Shown piece by piece: positions 60,380 through 64,000 of a stretch of DNA of 64,000 bases. This DNA is from Gemmatimonadota bacterium (GTDB lineage: Bacteria; Gemmatimonadota; Gemmatimonadetes; Gemmatimonadales; Gemmatimonadaceae). Every line of letters starts with the position of its first letter. The first letter of the stretch is position 1. The notes beneath the pieces were generated by a model. That model was not told the DNA's origin. It made no database searches and saw only the letters and a list, made by a program, of their open reading frames with translations. The position numbers and the translations under genes were made by a program. The DNA is taken from positions 64,001 through 128,000 of the forward strand of contig JAZJZK010000020.1 of the NCBI GenBank assembly GCA_040389905.1, in the 5' to 3' direction.

Positions 60380-61417
60380 ATGCCAATGAACTCAGACTCG
60401 TCCGAGTACGCGCCTGTCCGCTGGGGAATCCTCGGCGCGGCAAATATCGCCGTTGAAAAAGTCATCCCCGCGATGCAGCAGAGTCCTCACACGCCGGTCG
60501 TCGCCATCGCTTCCCGTGACCTCGCCAAGGCGCAGGCCGCCGCCGGGAGGCACGGCATTGCACGCGCGTATGGTTCATACGAGGAGTTGATCGCTGATCC
60601 CGACATCGATGCGATCTACAACCCGTTGCCGAACCATCTGCACGTTCCGTGGGCTATTCGCGCTGCCGAAGCGGGCAAGCACGTGCTCTGTGAGAAACCG
60701 ATTTCCCTCTCAGCCGCCGAAGCCCGAACACTCCTCGAGGTACGCGATCGGACCGGCGTCAAGATTGGCGAAGCGTTCATGGTGCGGGCACACCCGCAGT
60801 GGGCGGCCGTGCGTGAGCTGATCGCCGAGGGACGCATTGGAGACCTGCGTCTCGTCGTTGGGCATTTCAGTTACTACCGTCGCGACCCGAACGATGTGCG
60901 CAGCAATCCCGACTGGGGCGGTGGTGCGCTCATGGATGTCGGCTGCTATCCGATCACGCTGTCGCGCTGGCTCTTTGGTGAGGAGCCGGAGGCGGTGATT
61001 GGCGTCCTGGAGAATGATCCAGACCTGCGCGTCGACCGGCTGGTCTCCGGACTTCTCGAGTTTCCATCTGGCCAGGCGAGCTTTACCGTCGGAGGCCAGT
61101 TGGTGTCCTTTCAGCGCATGCAGATGTTCGGAACGAAAGGTCGGATCGATGTGGAGATTCCATTCAGTCCGCAACCCGATCGGGAGTGCCGCATTCTCGT
61201 TGACGATGGAAGCCAATTTGCGGGCGCCGCTGCGGAGGTCATTTCATTTCCCGCACTCGACCAGTACCGGTTGCAAGGCGAGCGCTTTTCCGAGGCCGTA
61301 CGAGGTAAAGGCTGGGTGCCGTGTTCACTCGAGGATGCGTTCGGCAACATGGCGGTCATCGATGCGATTTTCCGGTCGTCGGATTCGAAGAAATGGGAGA
61401 CGCCGGAACGGCTTTAG
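60380..61417 (+). CDS. Gfo/Idh/MocA family oxidoreductase
   Basis: WGILGAANIA, YNPLPNHLH, GKHVLCEKP, GGGALMDVGCY. Confidence 0.93.
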   Translation: MPMNSDSSEYAPVRWGILGAANIAVEKVIPAMQQSPHTPVVAIASRDLAKAQAAAGRHGIARAYGSYEELIADPDIDAIYNPLPNHLHVPWAIRAAEAGKHVLCEKPISLSAAEARTLLEVRDRTGVKIGEAFMVRAHPQWAAVRELIAEGRIGDLRLVVGHFSYYRRDPNDVRSNPDWGGGALMDVGCYPITLSRWLFGEEPEAVIGVLENDPDLRVDRLVSGLLEFPSGQASFTVGGQLVSFQRMQMFGTKGRIDVEIPFSPQPDRECRILVDDGSQFAGAAAEVISFPALDQYRLQGERFSEAVRGKGWVPCSLEDAFGNMAVIDAIFRSSDSKKWETPERL

Positions 61418-61470
61418 TGGCTTGGCACTAGGGACTAGGTCTTAGAAGGCAGGAGACAGGGGACAGGAAC

Positions 61471-61588
61471 TTCACGCTCGTTTTGTCGCCCTGAGCGAAG
61501 CGAAGGGCCTGCGCGTGCAGTTACGCTGGTGCTAGCCGAGCGTGAGGTGCCGGCCCTTCGCGTTGCTCAGGGCGACAAAACGAGTGAA
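61471..61588. repeat. Inverted pair of R1 units (REPIN-like) between convergent genes
   Basis: ctcgttttgtcgccctgagcgaagcgaagggcc ... ggcccttcgcgttgctcagggcgacaaaacgag. Confidence 0.9.
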
Positions 61589-61593
61589 CTGAT

Positions 61594-62421
61594 CTACTCG
61601 ACCGTGTTGTCGAGGGTGCCGATCTCGGCGACGCTAATCGCCACTCGATCACCCGATGCCAACGTGAACGAATCCGGCGGTACGACGCCTGTTCCCGTCA
61701 GCAGCACGCAGCCCTGGGGGAAGCTGGTTTCCCGAAAGAGATAGTCGACCAGTTCGCGCGGCGTGCGACGCATTTGCGCCAGCGTCGTACTGCCATCGAA
61801 GACGCTCACCCCGCCGCGCTCGATCAGAATCGAGATCGCCGTGTCCGCGCCCAGTGGCTCGTCCACAAGCAGCACCGATGGGCCGAGTGAGCATGAACCG
61901 TCGTACGTCTTGGCCTGCGGGAGATAGAGTGGATTCTCCCCCTCGATATCCCGGGAACTGACATCGTTGCCGATCGTGTAGCCGATGATCTCGCCGCGCG
62001 AGTTCACGTAGAGCGCAAACTCAGGCTCCGGCACGCTCCACTTGGAATCCCTGCGAACGCGAATGAGATCACCCGTTCCACGCACGCGCCAAGGCGCTGC
62101 CTTGAAGAACAGCTCTGGACGCGCGGCGTCGTACACGCGGTCGTAAAACGACCCGCCACCGGAGTCCTGAGACTCCTCAATCCGTGCCGTGCGGCTTCGG
62201 AAGTAGGTCACACCTGCCGCCCACACTTCCTGGGAGCCGATCGGAGCGAGGCACACGCCGCCCGCCGGCGCGTCGGTAAGCGATGGAAACGTCTCCGTGA
62301 GATGCAGCAGGAGCCCATCGCGATTGATGAGCGCATCCCACTCTTCGTCGATCAGCCGCGCCACTCCGTCGAGCTCGACGCGAACACCCGCCGGCGTGCG
62401 TGAAAGCTTCACTGAAGTCAT
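61594..62421 (-). CDS. Fumarylacetoacetate hydrolase family protein, XylX/KdaD-like 2-keto-3-deoxypentonate dehydratase
   Basis: [52 protein letters not shown]. Confidence 0.85.
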   Translation of the reverse strand: MTSVKLSRTPAGVRVELDGVARLIDEEWDALINRDGLLLHLTETFPSLTDAPAGGVCLAPIGSQEVWAAGVTYFRSRTARIEESQDSGGGSFYDRVYDAARPELFFKAAPWRVRGTGDLIRVRRDSKWSVPEPEFALYVNSRGEIIGYTIGNDVSSRDIEGENPLYLPQAKTYDGSCSLGPSVLLVDEPLGADTAISILIERGGVSVFDGSTTLAQMRRTPRELVDYLFRETSFPQGCVLLTGTGVVPPDSFTLASGDRVAISVAEIGTLDNTVE

Positions 62422-64000
62422 GTGTCCTGTGTGAGGTGTGCCGGCGCTCCCTCGAGCGCGTGAATGATTGCGTCAACGTCATAGACGCATCCCGCCCAGG
62501 TGCCGCCGCTCGCGCGTTGCAGCGCAGCCCAGAGTCGTGTGTCGTCGGGAAGTGCGGCGTCTGGCCGAAGCGATGGATGCGCGGAACGTCTGGCGAGGAC
62601 GTCGTCGCAGGTGACGGTGTCCAGCCGGACGCCTCCCTCTCCAACAAAGTTGATCGACCCGGCGAGCGACTCGCGATCCACGATGATCTCGATCAGGTCA
62701 TCGTCGCGCAGCCGACCAATGGGCCCGCCGTGTAACGCCTCCGGACCGATGTGCCCAACGCACGCCCCACTCGAGAAGCCCGAGAAGCGCCCGTCGGTGA
62801 GCAGCGCAACCTGCTTGCCCCACGGTAGATACTTGAGCGCGATCGTGATCTGCGCCGTCTCCTGCATGCCGGTTCCCGAAGGACCGTTCCCGATCAACAC
62901 GATGACGTCACCAGGCTTGATCGGCCGGTCCGTTGTTCCCTTCACCGCCTGAATCGCGTCGCGCTCATCGGCAAACACCCGCGCCGGTCCGGTATGACGA
63001 TAGACGTTGTCTGCATCGATCACGGACCGATCCATCGCCGTCGCCTTGATCACCGATCCCTCGGGCGCAATGTTGCCGACCGGAAACACCACGGTGCTCG
63101 TGAGCCCGGCACTCCGCGCCGCCTCTGGACTCATGATCACATTGGCCGGATCGACCTCGGCGCCCGATGCGAGACGCGCACGCGCTTCGCGTCTCCGGTC
63201 GCTCGATTCCCACCAGTCGAGCGTCGTATCGAGCGTGTCACCCGTCGCGGTAATGACGTCGCCATGCAAGAGACCCAGGCGCCGCAAATGCAACATGACT
63301 TCTGGAACGCCGCCGGCCATGAAGACCTGCACGGTCGGATGGCCTCGCGGACCGTTCGGCAACGCATCGACGAGACGTGGAACCGACTTGTTGACGCGAA
63401 TCCAGTCCGACACCGTCGGCCGCGACAGCCCCGCCGCGTGCGCGATGGCCGGTATGTGCAACAGCAGATTCGTCGATCCGCCGAACGCCGCATGCACCAG
63501 CATTGCATTCTCGATGGCATGCTGGGTGAGAATGCTCGCGAGCGGAATCTTCATCGCGCGCAGGCGCATGAGCGCCGTCGCCGAGCGACGCCCGAGCTCG
63601 TACCACGCCGGCTCTCCTGACGGGGCAAGCGCACTGTGCGGCAGCGCGAGACCAAGCGCTTCCGCGACGACCTGCGAGGTCGCCGCCGTGCCGAGGAACT
63701 GGCACCCGCCACCGGCAGAGCCGCAAGCCCGACATCCCATCTCGGCGGCGTAGTCCAGCGACACGAGATCTCGAGAGAACCGCGCACCGAGACTCTGAAT
63801 CTGCCCTGCATCCTCGGCACCCTGCGCGGGAAGCGTCACCCCGCCCGGAACGATCACGCCCGGTAAATGCTTCACTCCCGCGAGCGCGAGCATCGTTGCC
63901 GGCAACCCTTTATCGCACGTCGCAATGCCCATCACGCCCGATGCGGTCGGCAGCGAGCGTATCTGCCGACGCATGACGGTTGCCGCATCGTTGCGATACG
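62418..64000 (-). CDS. YjhG/YagF family xylonate dehydratase (IlvD/Edd family), 5' end outside window
   Basis: [52 protein letters not shown]. Confidence 0.88.
   Translation of the reverse strand, partial: YRNDAATVMRRQIRSLPTASGVMGIATCDKGLPATMLALAGVKHLPGVIVPGGVTLPAQGAEDAGQIQSLGARFSRDLVSLDYAAEMGCRACGSAGGGCQFLGTAATSQVVAEALGLALPHSALAPSGEPAWYELGRRSATALMRLRAMKIPLASILTQHAIENAMLVHAAFGGSTNLLLHIPAIAHAAGLSRPTVSDWIRVNKSVPRLVDALPNGPRGHPTVQVFMAGGVPEVMLHLRRLGLLHGDVITATGDTLDTTLDWWESSDRRREARARLASGAEVDPANVIMSPEAARSAGLTSTVVFPVGNIAPEGSVIKATAMDRSVIDADNVYRHTGPARVFADERDAIQAVKGTTDRPIKPGDVIVLIGNGPSGTGMQETAQITIALKYLPWGKQVALLTDGRFSGFSSGACVGHIGPEALHGGPIGRLRDDDLIEIIVDRESLAGSINFVGEGGVRLDTVTCDDVLARRSAHPSLRPDAALPDDTRLWAALQRASGGTWAGCVYDVDAIIHALEGAPAHLTQDT

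Overview
A 64-kb, GC-rich (about 65%, estimated by eye) bacterial chromosomal segment. The gene content suggests Gemmatimonadota; that assignment is inference. The backbone is core genes, mostly on the minus strand: argF(5' part)-hslU-hslV-[membrane protein, Ser/Thr kinase]-xerC-trmFO, then topA-smg-aroK-aroC. A ~15-kb signalling block separates trmFO from topA. It holds a 195-nt rod-like hairpin, two tandem [binding lipoprotein + HAMP histidine kinase] pairs, and a complete Wsp-type chemosensory operon. In that operon the WspR-like output carries a kinase instead of GGDEF, and wspC is frameshifted inside an inserted palindromic repeat. A large type IVa pilus locus follows: a 969-aa surface lipoprotein, pilMNOPQ, three minor pilins, pilA with a sigma-54 promoter, and pilRS. 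It embeds a candidate pilin glycosylation system of two TMTC/DUF1736-like GT-C enzymes flanking pilA, a Dpm1/GtrB-like GT2 and two more GT-C-like membrane proteins. The end of the window carries arfB, a peptidase/propeller/barrel outer-membrane protein, Slt, an S9 peptidase, Spy/CpxP, RidA and oxidative pentose-pathway genes. Several palindromic repeat families are dispersed through the window. One enters coding sequences, and another occurs in two copies with oppositely oriented interiors upstream of pilin genes. No rRNA, tRNA, CRISPR array or transposase was recognised. All calls come from reading motifs by eye; no database search was run.
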